From: Octopus sinensis
Lineage: Eukaryota
Length of the DNA stretch: 64,000 nt
Direction: 5' to 3'
NCBI RefSeq assembly: GCF_006345805.1
Contig: NC_043002.1
Span: 33,604,001-33,668,000, forward strand
Shown here: positions 26,135 through 44,349 of the stretch, piece by piece
Layout of the letters: the number at the start of each line of letters is the position of its first letter
Numbering within the stretch: position 1 is the stretch's first letter
Translations under genes and position numbers: made by a program
Notes under the pieces: model-generated
Told to the model about the DNA's origin: nothing
Databases searched by the model: none
The model's input: only the letters and a program-made list of their open reading frames with translations

Positions 26135-26334
26135 TGTGAGGTATACTTGCCATCTCAATATGGCTAATCACTAAGGGTGGGTGTTACTATAGCTTGTAGC
26201 CCCAGGAGAACATCGTCTCCAGCTGGCTAAAGCCAGCTGGAGACAGCTGGAGACGATGTTCTCCAGGGGCTACAAGCTACAGTAACACCCACCCTTAGTG
26301 GTTAGCCATATTGAGATGGCAAGTATACCTCACA
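26135..26334. repeat. Near-perfect 200-bp palindrome formed from the end of a repeat whose one-armed copy is at 30300-30535
   Basis: TGTGAGGTATACTTGCC...CTCCAGCTGGCT aa AGCCAGCTGGAG...GGCAAGTATACCTCACA. Confidence 0.92.
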
Positions 26335-26479
26335 TTGTCGAGCAGTTACTGTTTATACCTCGTTCATATGTATCTATTTATGTTAAAACGTTATTTTATA
26401 TATTAATTCAAATCTAAATTAAAGTAAGAAATACTAAATTTCTAAATCTCTCGTAGAGACATGTACGGTGGTGGGGCGA

Positions 26480-26726
26480 TAGAATGGTTGTATACTGTCA
26501 ATCTAACACGAACGTGACAGTGGGGGGTACACACCGCTGTATAGCCCTAGGAAGCATCGACGGCGGCCGGGGGTGTTTGTCTCCCCTTCGTAAATGTATA
26601 TAAGGACACAGGGGAAAATGTGTCAAAGCCATCAGGAGGCGTCGATGCTTCCTAGGGCTATACAGCGGTGGTGTACCCCCCCCTACTGTCACGTTCGTGT
26701 TAGATTGACAGTATACAACCATTCTA
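26480..26726. mobile_element. MITE-like element, ~83-bp TIRs, TA at both ends
   Basis: TAGAATGGTTGTATACTGTCAATCTAACACGAACGTGACAG...GCATCGACG / reverse complement at 26640-26726; ~78-bp spacer. Confidence 0.8.
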
Positions 26727-27543
26727 AATTAAAGTATTTATATCTATATCAAAGGGTTTATATTATGAATCTGACTATTAGAATGCAGGGGAGATAAGTA
26801 TTTTTCTGTTTATAGAAACGAAACGAAAAACAAAATCAACTCGATACGGTCAATGAAAAACCCATTCAAACATATACATACAACAAAAACAAAGTAACAG
26901 AATACAAACGAAATATCCTACAAACTAACAACGAGCCAAAACAACAAATTAAACAAGATAACTACGCTATATCTAAATATACATACCCCATTATTCATTT
27001 ACTCACATGCATATACTCATCGATAGATATAAACAAAGCGAAAAATGCAACCAACTCTATACTGACATAGAAATATAAATTCTATACAGACATCAAAACC
27101 AAAATAATACCAATATAAAACAATTTATTGCTTTAGTTTCCATCTCACGTTTACATATGTACATACATATACATATATATTTTTTAATGCATGCATATAC
27201 ACACATATACATAAATACATCAATGCATATATATATCGAACGATATACATATATACATATACATATATACATATATACATATATATATTTATACATTTTA
27301 AATGAGATAAATATGCTATATCCTCATATATACCACATTATTCATTCAATCCCATATATATACATATCGATACATATAAACAAAACGAAAAACGAAACCA
27401 ACTCTATATAGACATAGAAAATGAAGTCTCTACGCACGTCAACTCAAAGTAATATCAGTATAAACAAAATGCCCCAAATATGAAAATCGAGCCAAACTAC
27501 CAATTATACATGACAAATACTCTATATCTACTTGTATACACAC

Positions 27544-27597
<54 letters not shown>

Positions 27598-27676
27598 GTT
27601 TATCCTTTTTGTGTTTTTTGAGATTTCTACTGCTCTTTCTAGCACAACGGTTTCCTATTTGCAAGCCTCTTATTGC

Positions 27677-27713
<37 letters not shown>

Positions 27714-28099
27714 ATATATATATATGGATGGATGGATGTCTAGATAAATACACAATATATGTCCAAGTTACTTTATATTTCATGCCTAATAAACACAATA
27801 GTCGGATAAACTTGTATAATGTGCAGTGTATTATCAGCCAATCATTCAGGCTTGTAATATAACTTGACTGCTCTCTGAGAAAAAGCAAGAACTGCGAGAA
27901 AAGACGAGAGTAAAAAAAAGTCAAGAAAATCGGATTGAGAGAAAGAGTTTTGAGGGGAAGGAAGATAAGAAGTGTGTCCCTTTGACCCATTAGAATGGGA
28001 ATTAACAGTGGTTAGTATAGTTAAATCGACGGGAAATGATTAAAGTTTGTGAAACAGCATGCTTAAAACAGGGAGGATGCTGTAGAAATTTATCCAGAT

Positions 28100-28520
28100 A
28101 CCGCATTAAGAGAAACTTATGATAGAGATTTTTGTAGGTCGTTGGAGCTCTTTGATTAAAAAAGGATACGAGTTATTTCGGCTGTACAAAGCTCGCAAGT
28201 TTTTGACGCATTAATGAATGACGTGAATCGTACCACGATGCTCGACTTGATGGTGCTTGGGGTATTGTTGACAATCAGGTGTCAAACAAGGTTAGATATC
28301 TTAGTAGCTTTCTTCTTACCTACGTGCTGGAATAACATTTTACAGTTGCTTTTGCATAGACCAATATACTTTTTCTCCTGAGTTCTTTATTTTGTTGCAC
28401 CAAAATTACCTCAGATTCATAAACAGCTGGGTTTGCCTGCCTGGTCGAGTGGGAAAATATTTGTGTTTCTACAATTACAATTTTATGTTGGGGCAGCAAG
28501 TGAATGAAAACTTTCATTAA
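28100..28520 (-). mobile_element. Degenerate Penelope-like GIY-YIG relic
   Basis: stop-riddled CRNTNIFPLD..., EKKYIGLCKS, ATKISNLV on the minus strand. Confidence 0.5.
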
Positions 28521-28701
28521 ATGCCAATTAAAAGAGAAAATATGTTGTTACCAATAACGTTAAAACTTAAGTAACTTGACTGATCTGTCATTGAACCAGG
28601 ATTTTAATTTCATTTGATACACACTTTGCTGTCATTTATATGGAGAATTGCAAGCGTGGCATATAAAGACAACTTATTTTAATAGAAAATTTATGAGTAT
28701 A

Positions 28702-29095
28702 GGCGCAGGAGTGGCTGTGTGGTAAGTAGCTTGCTAACCAGCCACATGGTTTCGGGTTCAGTCCCACTGCGTGGCATCTTGGGTAAATGTCTTCTGCTAT
28801 AGCCCCGGGCCGACCAATGAGTGGATTTGGTAGACGGAAACTGAAAGAAGCCTGTCGTATATATGTATATATATATGTGTTTGTGTGTCTGTGTTTCTCC
28901 CTCTAGCATTGCTTGACAACCGATGCTGGTGTGTTTACGTCCCCGTCACTGAGCGGTTCGGCAAAAGAGACCGATAGAATAAGTACTGGGCTTACAAAGA
29001 ATAAGTCCCGGGGTCGATTTGCTCGACTAAAGGCGGTGCTCCAGCATGGCCGCAGTCAAATGACTGAAACAAGTAAAAGAGTAAAAGAGTAAAGA
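28702..29095 (+). mobile_element. SINE family A, full-length
   Basis: tRNA-like head GGCGCAGGAGTGGCTGTGTGGTAAG...GGTTCAGTCCC, internal (AT)n, (agtaaa)n tail. Confidence 0.9.
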
Positions 29096-30100
29096 GAGTA
29101 CATTTTCGTAAATGTTTTTCTTGCGCACCCCCACCCTCCACACACATGTACAAATACGCACGCGGATACACATGGATTAAGTCCCATTTTGGAAGTATGC
29201 TAAAGTTTTTATCATTTTGGAATGAAGAACAACAAGCATAGGTAGTGAAGTAAATTCGCTGCCTTTTTATGTACGTATGTAGACGTTGTAAACACAAGTG
29301 TTTTATGTCTTTATAACTTTTTGATATATTTTAAACTTTTCTTTTTCTCTTTTTTTCCATCTATTAGAGTTACTTCCCTTACATTTACCGATTTTCTTTC
29401 GTTGCGTCTGTTGCGATTAATAGCCGACGAGAATGTACAGTAGAGCTTCGCACCGACATTCGAATCTCGGAGTACTAACAATGTCAACCGTTTACCCTTT
29501 GCGCTATTAACTATAGTTAATAGTAGGTAAAATAATAGGTAAAATATATATATATTTTTGAATGCATATATAAATACGTTCAGATATTTATACATATAGA
29601 AATACACGAAAATATATAAAATAAAGAATAAAGAATAGAAAATAAATGGACACAGCAATAATCATACCTGGCGCATATAGCCACATATATTTACCCGCTA
29701 ATACGTAACAAATACTTAAGAAATCGCATACAGATAATTATACAAATATATATATAAATATACAAGAACCTAAATCTATATAAGAACTTATATGTATATA
29801 TATTTGTGCAAAAATATATTGCTACTTAGATTGAAACTCAGATAGGGTTCAATGAAAATAAAAATACCTATACAAATTGGATAGTGAGTAAATAAATAAA
29901 TAAAAATGTATTTAATATACGTACTTGTATACAATAGTAAAGAGACTGGCACGCCTAAGTCTATTTTGAGTTAATCAAATAAATAAAAGAGAATCTATTG
30001 GTCATATTTTAAAATAAATAGCGCTCAATATTACTGGTTTCATTAACGGTAATTTAAAATATAATAAGGAAAAGAAAGAAAGAAAGAAAGATAGAAAGAT

Positions 30101-30261
<161 letters not shown>

Positions 30262-30629
30262 GAAAAAGAAAGAAAGAAAGAGAAAAAGAAGTAATATATG
30301 TGAGGTATATTTGCCATCTCAATATGGCTAACCACTAAGGGTGGATATTACTGTAGCTTGTAGCCCCAGGAGAACATCCTCTCCAGCTGGCTTTAAGGCA
30401 CACTTTCTGTGCTCTATCGGTATTTGCATCCTTCCCTCGTCAACCTAAGTGATACGCACGGACTGCAGTTTCTGGGTATTGACCCGCCATCAGCGTACGA
30501 CAATCACCGGTTTTCGATTAAAGGAGTCCCAATGCAAATATTAATATCCTTTTTCTAGTAACTTCTCGTCACTGATCTTGAAAAAGTGTATACAAGTAAT
30601 AATAAATCTCTGAACGAGGTATAGACAGG

Positions 30630-30815
30630 TATATTGTAATATAACTATCAAATTTTTTCTTTGATAGATGTTTTCCTTGCTCCTTATAATTATAGTATTT
30701 TTACTGTTTTCTATATTGCTTAGAAGTAATATAGAAAACAGTAAAAATGCTATAATTATAAGGAGCAAGGAAAACATCTATCGAAGAAAAAATTTGATAG
30801 TTATATTACAATATA
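30630..30815. repeat. Near-perfect AT-rich palindrome, ~91-bp arms
   Basis: tatattgtaatataactatcaaattttttc...ctatattgctt ag aagtaatatag...gaaaaaatttgatagttatattacaatata. Confidence 0.92.
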
Positions 30816-31118
30816 AGGGATAAAATGCTCATGGGTACAATTTATAATATAAATAGATGAAAAAAGGAAGAAACAAAATAGGTGCATAGTTCATATGTTA
30901 TTTGTATTAATAAAAGAGTAAGGACAAATCACTTATATCAAAGAAAAAAATATTTTAAGTTTAAGTGATGACGTTCTAGAGTTTGCAAAATATAGGGTCA
31001 AGGGGAGGTAAATGTAGGTAATTGCAGTATCCAGGAAATATGAAAAATATAGAAAAGTAACTATTATAGATAAAAACGTTTTTTTTTTTAATATAAAGTT
31101 TTGAAAATAAATGCATCT

Positions 31119-31150
<32 letters not shown>

Positions 31151-31981
31151 TAGTTTAATAAATAAATAAATAAAAGTAAATAAAATGGCTAGATAAACTG
31201 ATGTTAGTTAAAAATATACAAAGGGGGAGTAAAAAGATACCATATAGATGAAAATATGTAATTTTAAAAAATGTATAAGATTTGAAAAAAAATCTGTATA
31301 TAATAAATTGATAAATAGCTGAATAATTTGTATTAGATAAAAAAATATACAATGGGGGGTAAAGGTTCGATATTAATATCAAGTCAAAAGTAAGAGTAAA
31401 GAAATTTACAAATAAGTCTTAATTATATTAATGATATTTAAATGGGGAATATAAATTATCAATATGAAATTGAAATAATAATTACTACTATTAGGGAATT
31501 AAGAAGGGAATATGATGTAGAAATATAAAAATTTATTTTAAAAATAGGAAAATTATATTTAGAAGAGATATAAAGAGGGATATAATGTAGCAATCTAGGT
31601 GTTAAATTATTAATCCAAGTAAATTAAAAAGGGTTATTTTTAAAATAATAATTGAAATAAAAATATGTGTGTGTGTATGTATGTATGTATGTATGTATGT
31701 ATGTATGTATATGCTTACATAGACTTACTCACATACATGCATACACATATACAAATAAATAAAAGAGCATGCATATATATATATATATATATATACATAT
31801 ACACACAAAAATAAATATGTATATACGCTTACATACATACATATATATATACACTCATACATATACACATCTATACACGAATATACACACATACACACAT
31901 ATATAGTTATACATACCATATACATCCACATCTATAAATATAGATATATACATACATATGCATATTCATACATATACATGC

Positions 31982-37756
<5,775 letters not shown>

Positions 37757-37764
37757 TAGATAGG

Positions 37765-37835
<71 letters not shown>

Positions 37836-38619
37836 TAAAGAAAATCTCTATAAGAGACGAAAGCAGTATTTACACAAAGAAGTAATGGTTCTCACACCTA
37901 AACACTGAGAATGACCATAATAAGGACGAAACTGCGCAGTGTGGTATTCTCGAGGCTGGAATAGAAGGAAAGTTCTCGCCCTGCTTGCAATATATATCGA
38001 GGGTGCAAAATGGCCCGGGATATTACTAGAAATGAGAGTCAAATTTTCTTCTTTCTCTCTCTACTCCCCCTCTTTGGTGCCTTAGTCCCTCTTTTTCTCT
38101 CTCTTCTCCCTCTCTTTGATTCCTTTGTCCTTTCTTTTCTCTCTCTTCTCTTCTCACGTGACCACCAATCAACTATAGCCTTTCGGCTTCTGAGCAGCGC
38201 CACGACAACATCGATTTTTTCGTCTGCCGTATTTTTCAAATACGCCAGCTAAGATGAACTGTCTAAAGTCGAAAGACGCCTGTTGTTTTTGTCTGTGATT
38301 ATTATTATTATTGTTTTTTGTATTTATATTCGTATTACTTTTTGTTTTTTGTATTTATATTCGTGTGGCATCGTCCGTGTTTCTGTCCTTGTTTCGTATA
38401 CATTCGATCCTTTTTCCAAGAAATCTAATGCTCGTAGCTTAGTTTTTCCTTTGTGCTGGCCGGATCGGAGCGATCTCAAGATTAATCAGCCAAAATGGCG
38501 AGGATGATCCGGTTCTTGACTAAAGATAGAGGCTTCGAATGACCCGTCCGTTTTTTGTGTCGTCTATTTGAATGTTTTGCGTTCTTGTCCCATTTTGTAT
38601 TTTTATATATATTTTTTAT

Positions 38620-38683
<64 letters not shown>

Positions 38684-38689
38684 CGATTG

Positions 38690-38966
38690 TGAAGTTGTGA
38701 GTTCGAATCCCGGACCGGGTTGTGTGTTGTGTTCTTGAGCAAGACAATTTATTTCACGTTGCTCCAGTTTACTTAGCTGTAGAAATGAGTTGCCAAGCTG
38801 TACCGGCCGTTGCTTTACCCTTGGATAACATCAGTGGCGTGGAGAGGGGAGGCTGGTATGCATGGGCGACCGCTGGTCTTCCATACACATCCTTGTCTGG
38901 ACTTGTGCCTGGGAAGGTAACTTTCTAGGTGCAATCCCGTAGTCAGTCATAACCGAAGGGGGTCTC
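38690..38966 (+). mobile_element. tRNA-derived SINE
   Basis: gttgtgagttcgaatcccgg B-box and ttgagcaagacaatttatttcacgttgctccag core as in 1500-1812. Confidence 0.75.
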
Positions 38967-38967
38967 A

Positions 38968-39022
<55 letters not shown>

Positions 39023-39053
39023 ATATATATATAATATATATATATATATATTA

Positions 39054-39088
<35 letters not shown>

Positions 39089-39186
39089 ATATGTTCAGCA
39101 AAAATTTAGATTCAAATGAATATGGTACTTAATTTAGATGCACCAGAATTCTGTATGGAGTTATCCATAAAAATCCGTGGGGTAAT

Positions 39187-39289
39187 TATAATCAAAATAA
39201 GCAACAAGAATGACTCCGGTAATTTGGTACGATGTCGTACGAAATGATCGTACCAAATTACCGTAGTCATTCTTGTTACTTATTTTGAT

Positions 39290-39293
<4 letters not shown>
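39187..39293. repeat. Hairpin with ~46-bp arms
   Basis: ataatcaaaataagcaacaagaatgactccggtaatttggtacgat / atcgtaccaaattaccgtagtcattcttgttacttattttgattat. Confidence 0.88.
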
Positions 39294-39337
<44 letters not shown>

Positions 39338-39879
39338 GCGTGTGTGTGTCTTATATACATATATGTATAGATGTACATATATATGAATATATCTATATAT
39401 TATGTATTTGTGTGTGGTGGGGACTCACGGGTGTAAATACTTTGAAAAAGTAATCACCGTGATATTCAAGCAGGCTCGTTGTTAATCACAAAGCTTTTGT
39501 ATATACGTCAGTTTTTGCTCTATATAACGCTTGCGTCACCTATATACCATCCTGCTTTTATGTTTAAAATGTAATTAACGTCGTTGAATTATTCTGTTTT
39601 ATAATTCGCCACCTTCTGTTGACAATTTACATACATTTTGTAGCTGTTGTAATTTATTTTATTTTCATTAATGATAATTCTAAAATATTACGATATGAAT
39701 ACAATGTATACATTCATGAACAAATTTGTAAAGCAGTCAGAGCTCCCTTACAAGCAGATCTTGTATACGTTATATCCGACAAAAATCTCTGGAAGCAAAC
39801 AGGGAATACTCTATGAGATTAGCGAAGCCCATTAACACCGGAAAATCTTCAAATCCGTACTTTCTTTCCATTGAAAAAT

Positions 39880-40400
39880 TTATGAAAGCGGTGTTGTTGC
39901 CCTCGATAACAGCAAGACTTTCAATCGTGTCTGGTACGCAAATTTCCTAGGAAAACTACATACCGAGGGAACCTCCGTTCATCTGTCGTCTCTTGTATCG
40001 ATGTCTTCCTGTTAGACTTCACTGTCGCAGGATGTACTGAAGGGGATCTTTCTAGCACAGATTCTATCAGATCTAATGCACCCCAAACATCACTTTCCCT
40101 GTTAATAGTATCAGGCCAGTCCCTTTCTCTTTCATCAAAATCTCAATCACAGTAAGATTCGAGAATTTTTTCTTGGATCCCGCTCTATTTATAATCGTCA
40201 CACGGATAGGTTTCTCAAAGACATTCCAGACGCTATCTTTCACGATTAGTCTAGAATCTCTCCTAGTGAATACAATTCCTCAACGTAGCCAAAATTGCAT
40301 CATGAAAACTGGTTTTTGTCCTCAGAGCGAGGAAATATGTCATTCCTAAACAACTACTAAATATTTACAAATCGCAAACAACCCAACTGAAATACTTTTG
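39880..40400 (+). mobile_element. CR1/Jockey-group LINE RT relic
   Basis: VALDNSKTFNRVWYANFLGKL resembles the ALDxSKAFDRVWH motif. Confidence 0.55.
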
Positions 40401-41415
40401 GTGATAATGTTGGTTCATTTGATAAGCATACTGACAAAAATCCAGACATATTTATGAGCTTGCTAAAAAGAAAAGTGATCAATAAATCCTCTGCCTATAT
40501 ATGGATGACTTCAAAGTATACACTAAAATTGAATTCTCTTCTCCAGACTGTAGGAATATTTAGAAAGGATACTGGTATAATGTTTGAGGTGAATGAGTGT
40601 GCAGTATTTATGAAGTGAGGTTGAAAGATTAAATCTGATGGATTAAAGATAACGATATAATGAGATCACTGAAAGAGAAGGAAAGATGCAAGTACTTAGA
40701 GATGCTACAAGATGATACGATAATGGAAAGAGAAATGAGATGGGGAAATCTGCAAAGCGTATAAGAGACGTTAGGAAAGTGATTGAAATTAAACTAACTA
40801 GAGGAAATGTCATTAACTTTATCATTGGGTCACACCAGAACTGAGATACTTAAAGCAAGCGTAACTGTGTTGCTAAAAGAATGCAATGTTCTAGGTTATA
40901 CTACTCTCAAGAAAGCGACACCTCGGTAGGTTTTCTTTATTTTTCTTTATTTTTATACTTTTATTGTTTGTTACCATCATTACATTCTTCTTTATGTATG
41001 ACAATGGCTCGAACTCTTTTGCATGTTAGTTTTATATATAAATAGTTTATTTGTCTTTTAGCTTGACATGTGAATGACCTTCCTCTGTAGTTGTGGGTTT
41101 CGCTCTACATATTTCATTACGATCTTAGAGTTTAATGAAATGGTGTCTAAAACATTATTAGCCATTAAATATTTAAATATTTACAGTTCATGTATTATAA
41201 ATAATAACTTCATAGACACAAGGGATTTTTACAAAAGATGGCTGTCAACTTCTTCCTCAGGCTTGGAGATACTTATCTTGAGATCAACTCTTGACTTTGC
41301 TGGACACCACTCAGCGGTTGGCTTTACACTTTGCTTTAGTCTCTGCAAGAAATAAAACCAAAACTAAAATTCTATTCCATTAATATACGCCAGCACACAA
41401 ACACACATACATACA

Positions 41416-41450
<35 letters not shown>

Positions 41451-41524
41451 CATGCAGTATATTTGCCACCGAAATGTGGTTGACCCATTGGGAAGGAAAC
41501 AACAGTAGGGTCATCATATATATA

Positions 41525-41790
41525 CACTTTTTATTAAAGCTGCAAAACTATCACAGAACTGTTGCTCAGAGTTTCCCGTTCCCGTTCGTCGGACAGTTTT
41601 AATCCAGTTTCCCATCACAACTGTCCGTTGTGATGGGAAACTGGATTAAAATTGTTTTGTTCTGGTACATGTAATATAGTTTGAGGTAATTCAAATACAC
41701 AAATAAGCATTCAAATTTGGTTGGGTGATTGGTTTTTCGAAATGTAATGGTTACCAGTTGTGTGTTGGGGGGCGGCTGAAGATTACCGTA
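41525..41790. mobile_element. Penelope-type terminal-repeat relic with hammerhead-like motif and 25-bp inverted duplication; paralog at 24835-25060
   Basis: hammerhead-like fold at 41557-41598 (minus strand); ttttaatccagtttcccatcacaac tgtcc gttgtgatgggaaactggattaaaa at 41597-41651. Confidence 0.6.
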
Positions 41791-42107
41791 AATATAAATA
41801 TAAATATAAATATTGTGGTAAGATCGGAAAAACCTTGCTGAGAGCAGGGTGAGCAAAAATTCCAGAAAATTATTAGTTAATTAATTGACAATAATTGGTT
41901 AGAAGTAGAATCGCGAAACTTGGTTAAAAATTGAAAATTGGTTAAAATTGAAAATTGATTAAAAAATAAGTGATATCAAAATAAATAAATATAAAATTCA
42001 ATAGCGAACATACTGTCGTTTGTTTATTTACTACGTTTTATATATTTATTTATCTATATCTATGTTTATTTATTCACTTAATTTTTTTTATACATCTATC
42101 TCTGTTT

Positions 42108-42207
42108 CTGACGAACTTTTCCCTTCATTGAGCTCTCGCCAATGTTCACCTAGGAGAGCGTATAGGTGGACATTGGCGAGAGCTCAAAGAAAGGAAAAGT
42201 CCGTCAG
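42108..42207. repeat. 100-nt hairpin, ~45-bp arms
   Basis: CTGACGAACTTTTCCCTTCATTGAGCTCTCGCCAATGTTCACCTA / TAGGTGGACATTGGCGAGAGCTCAAAGAAAGGAAAAGTCCGTCAG. Confidence 0.9.
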
Positions 42208-42340
42208 TGCTCTACCAAAATGTTCAGACAGAACATGAAGGGTAGAAATTAATATTCATTAATTAATATCAATTTAAACCAATGATCTAGCATACTTAAA
42301 ATATCTGAAGATTTAAAACTTTTCTTACATGCAAATATAG

Positions 42341-42491
42341 GAGGAATGACCACGAAGGTGGATACCTATCTTTTCATTTGTCTTGCTCGTTTTCATTCTG
42401 GCATTTGCTGAAATTTTTTGAGAACACATTCTTCGCTATACGGTGATTTAGCGTCTTCTAACGTAGGAATCCACCTTGGTGGTCATTCCTC
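42341..42491. mobile_element. Small MITE-like element with 28-bp inverted ends
   Basis: gaggaatgaccacgaaggtggataccta vs reverse complement of taggaatccaccttggtggtcattcctc (2 mismatches). Confidence 0.65.
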
Positions 42492-42584
42492 TGATCAACT
42501 AGCCCTGTACAAGCTTTATTTTCTAATACAAAATTTCATCAATGAGAAATTATACGAAAGAAGATGTGTCAAATGACAACTTAC

Positions 42585-42755
42585 ATTGAGTAAAGATCCT
42601 TTGTGCTTCATGATTTCTACCGTACCCAATATTGGCACCGGAAGGATGGTAAATAGAGCAATACCCCAACCTGTATAGTTGGTCCACTTGGGAAACATAG
42701 ACCCGTCACCGTAAGTCAAATGTTTGAAGGATATTATGCTCAATACCCAGAGACC
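42585..42755 (-). CDS. SLC6 paralog B exon (TM12); terminal exon unresolved
   Basis: ttacag acceptor, AAT|gtaagt probable donor; GLWVLSIISFKHLTYGDGSMFPKWTNYTGWGIALFTILPVPILGTVEIMKHKGSLLN. Confidence 0.88.
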
Positions 42756-43005
42756 CTGTAAAAGAAATGTAATGTAATATTACGTCTTATTGTTATAATC
42801 ATGTATCACCATACAGATACACAAGTGCACAACCACACGGATTATTTATCACGTGCATCAATTCAAAAGGTAAATTTAACACCAATACCAAAGGTGGACC
42901 GTGTTCGGATGCTAAACTAAATTGATCCAGAAAATATATACAAAAGAGATATAATTTATATATAGAACAGGGATTTAAAACAGATGTGATTAATAGAAAA
43001 CTTAC

Positions 43006-43106
43006 TAGTACACACAGCGGATCGATGATAACCCAGAAAGGTTTCCAAATTGGCCAAGGTCTTCGACCCAACATTAGGCTGATATCGTTTTCTAGTCTTT
43101 TCGCTC
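43006..43106 (-). CDS. SLC6 paralog B exon (TM11)
   Basis: ttgtag acceptor, CTA|gtaagt donor; (G)AKRLENDISLMLGRRPWPIWKPFWVIIDPLCVL. Confidence 0.93.
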
Positions 43107-43445
43107 CTACAAGACAAAAAAAATTATTAATGTCCTTTATAGAATTATATTACTAATCCAACTATATACGGTTCTCTTATAATACATTGTCTATTAATGT
43201 TGGTTTCAAATTTTGGCACAAGGCCCGCAATTTCGGGGCAACGACAGGTCGATTACATCGACCACATTGTTCAAGTGGTACTTGATTTATCGACCTCGGC
43301 GGAATTTGAACTCAGAATGTAAAGACGGATGAAACGCCGCGAAGCATTTTGCCCACTACGACTTCGACCACGACGATGACGATGACGACGATGATGATGA
43401 TGATGATGATGAAAAGGAGAAGGAGGAGGAGGAGGGTGATCTTAC

Positions 43446-43545
43446 CATAAATCCAGATAATTCCAACCATTTCTGCAAACAATATCAACAGCAGAGAAAG
43501 ACTAGCACAGTACCAGTCTATTATTTGTAAGACGTAGAGTCCTCC
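43446..43545 (-). CDS. SLC6 paralog B exon (TM10)
   Basis: ttctag acceptor, G|gtaaga donor; GGLYVLQIIDWYCASLSLLLILFAEMVGIIWIY(G). Confidence 0.93.
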
Positions 43546-43554
43546 CTAGAAATG

Positions 43555-43758
43555 CATAGCAACACATTAGTAACATAGTGACTCCAGTGACCCACATAGC
43601 AACACATTAGTAACATAGTGACTCCAGTGACCCACATAGCAACACATTAGTAACATAGTGACTCCAGTGACCCACATAGCAACACATTAGTAACATAGTG
43701 ACTCCAGTGACCCACATAGCAACACATTAGTAACATAGTGACTCCAGTGACCCACATA
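43555..43758. repeat. 40-bp minisatellite, 5 identical units, next to the TM10-exon acceptor
   Basis: unit catagcaacacattagtaacatagtgactccagtgaccca. Confidence 0.97.
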
Positions 43759-44349
43759 TTTAGCAACACTTCACCTATTAGCAAACATTAGCAACACTGT
43801 CGAAATATATAGACTTAAAAAAAAACTCTTACTCAAAAGGGAAGGTAGAGCCCATACTTTTTCGCAGGGGTCGCCGAGACTGCTGTGAGAGAGAAAGTAC
43901 ACTTTCTTCCCTCCATCTCAACAGATCCTTGATTTGAGGATACCTTCCACAAACCGGGGATCTGCTCGGATAGAGGGAAGAGTGGATTCTGTTTGACATT
44001 TTGCTTCCCCTGTGTATCATACGTGATGTACAGGTCATATTTTCTCTGGCATCTATGTATCATATATGATGCACCTTTCCAATTCTTTCAGCTCAGAACG
44101 CAAGAAATAAATGACTGTAAACAAGCATGACAGTTGAGGATTTGATTTGAAAATGTAGAAAGTCACAACAAATACCACGAAGTATTCTATCTACCTATCC
44201 TTACCAATTTACTACCAATAGTATAGCAGTATAACAAAATATCTATCTAGGGTTCGTCCTACATTTTCTTTTGACATGACTTAGGTGGCTGTTTACAGAC
44301 TTTCAGAGAATGATGAAGAGTGCAGCTCCTGCAGAGATTCTGTCTATCA

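Noticed and set aside
26250-26334. Possible HDV-like ribozyme (ggcta/tagcc, cca-cccttag-tgg, ggcaa)
   Set aside because: No P1.1 GG, P1 is short, a competing gccat/atggc hairpin exists, and it lies at an element end rather than a transcript start.
43555-43758. CRISPR-like regular repeat
   Set aside because: Units are identical and contiguous with no unique spacers, no cas genes are present and the context is eukaryotic; it is a minisatellite.
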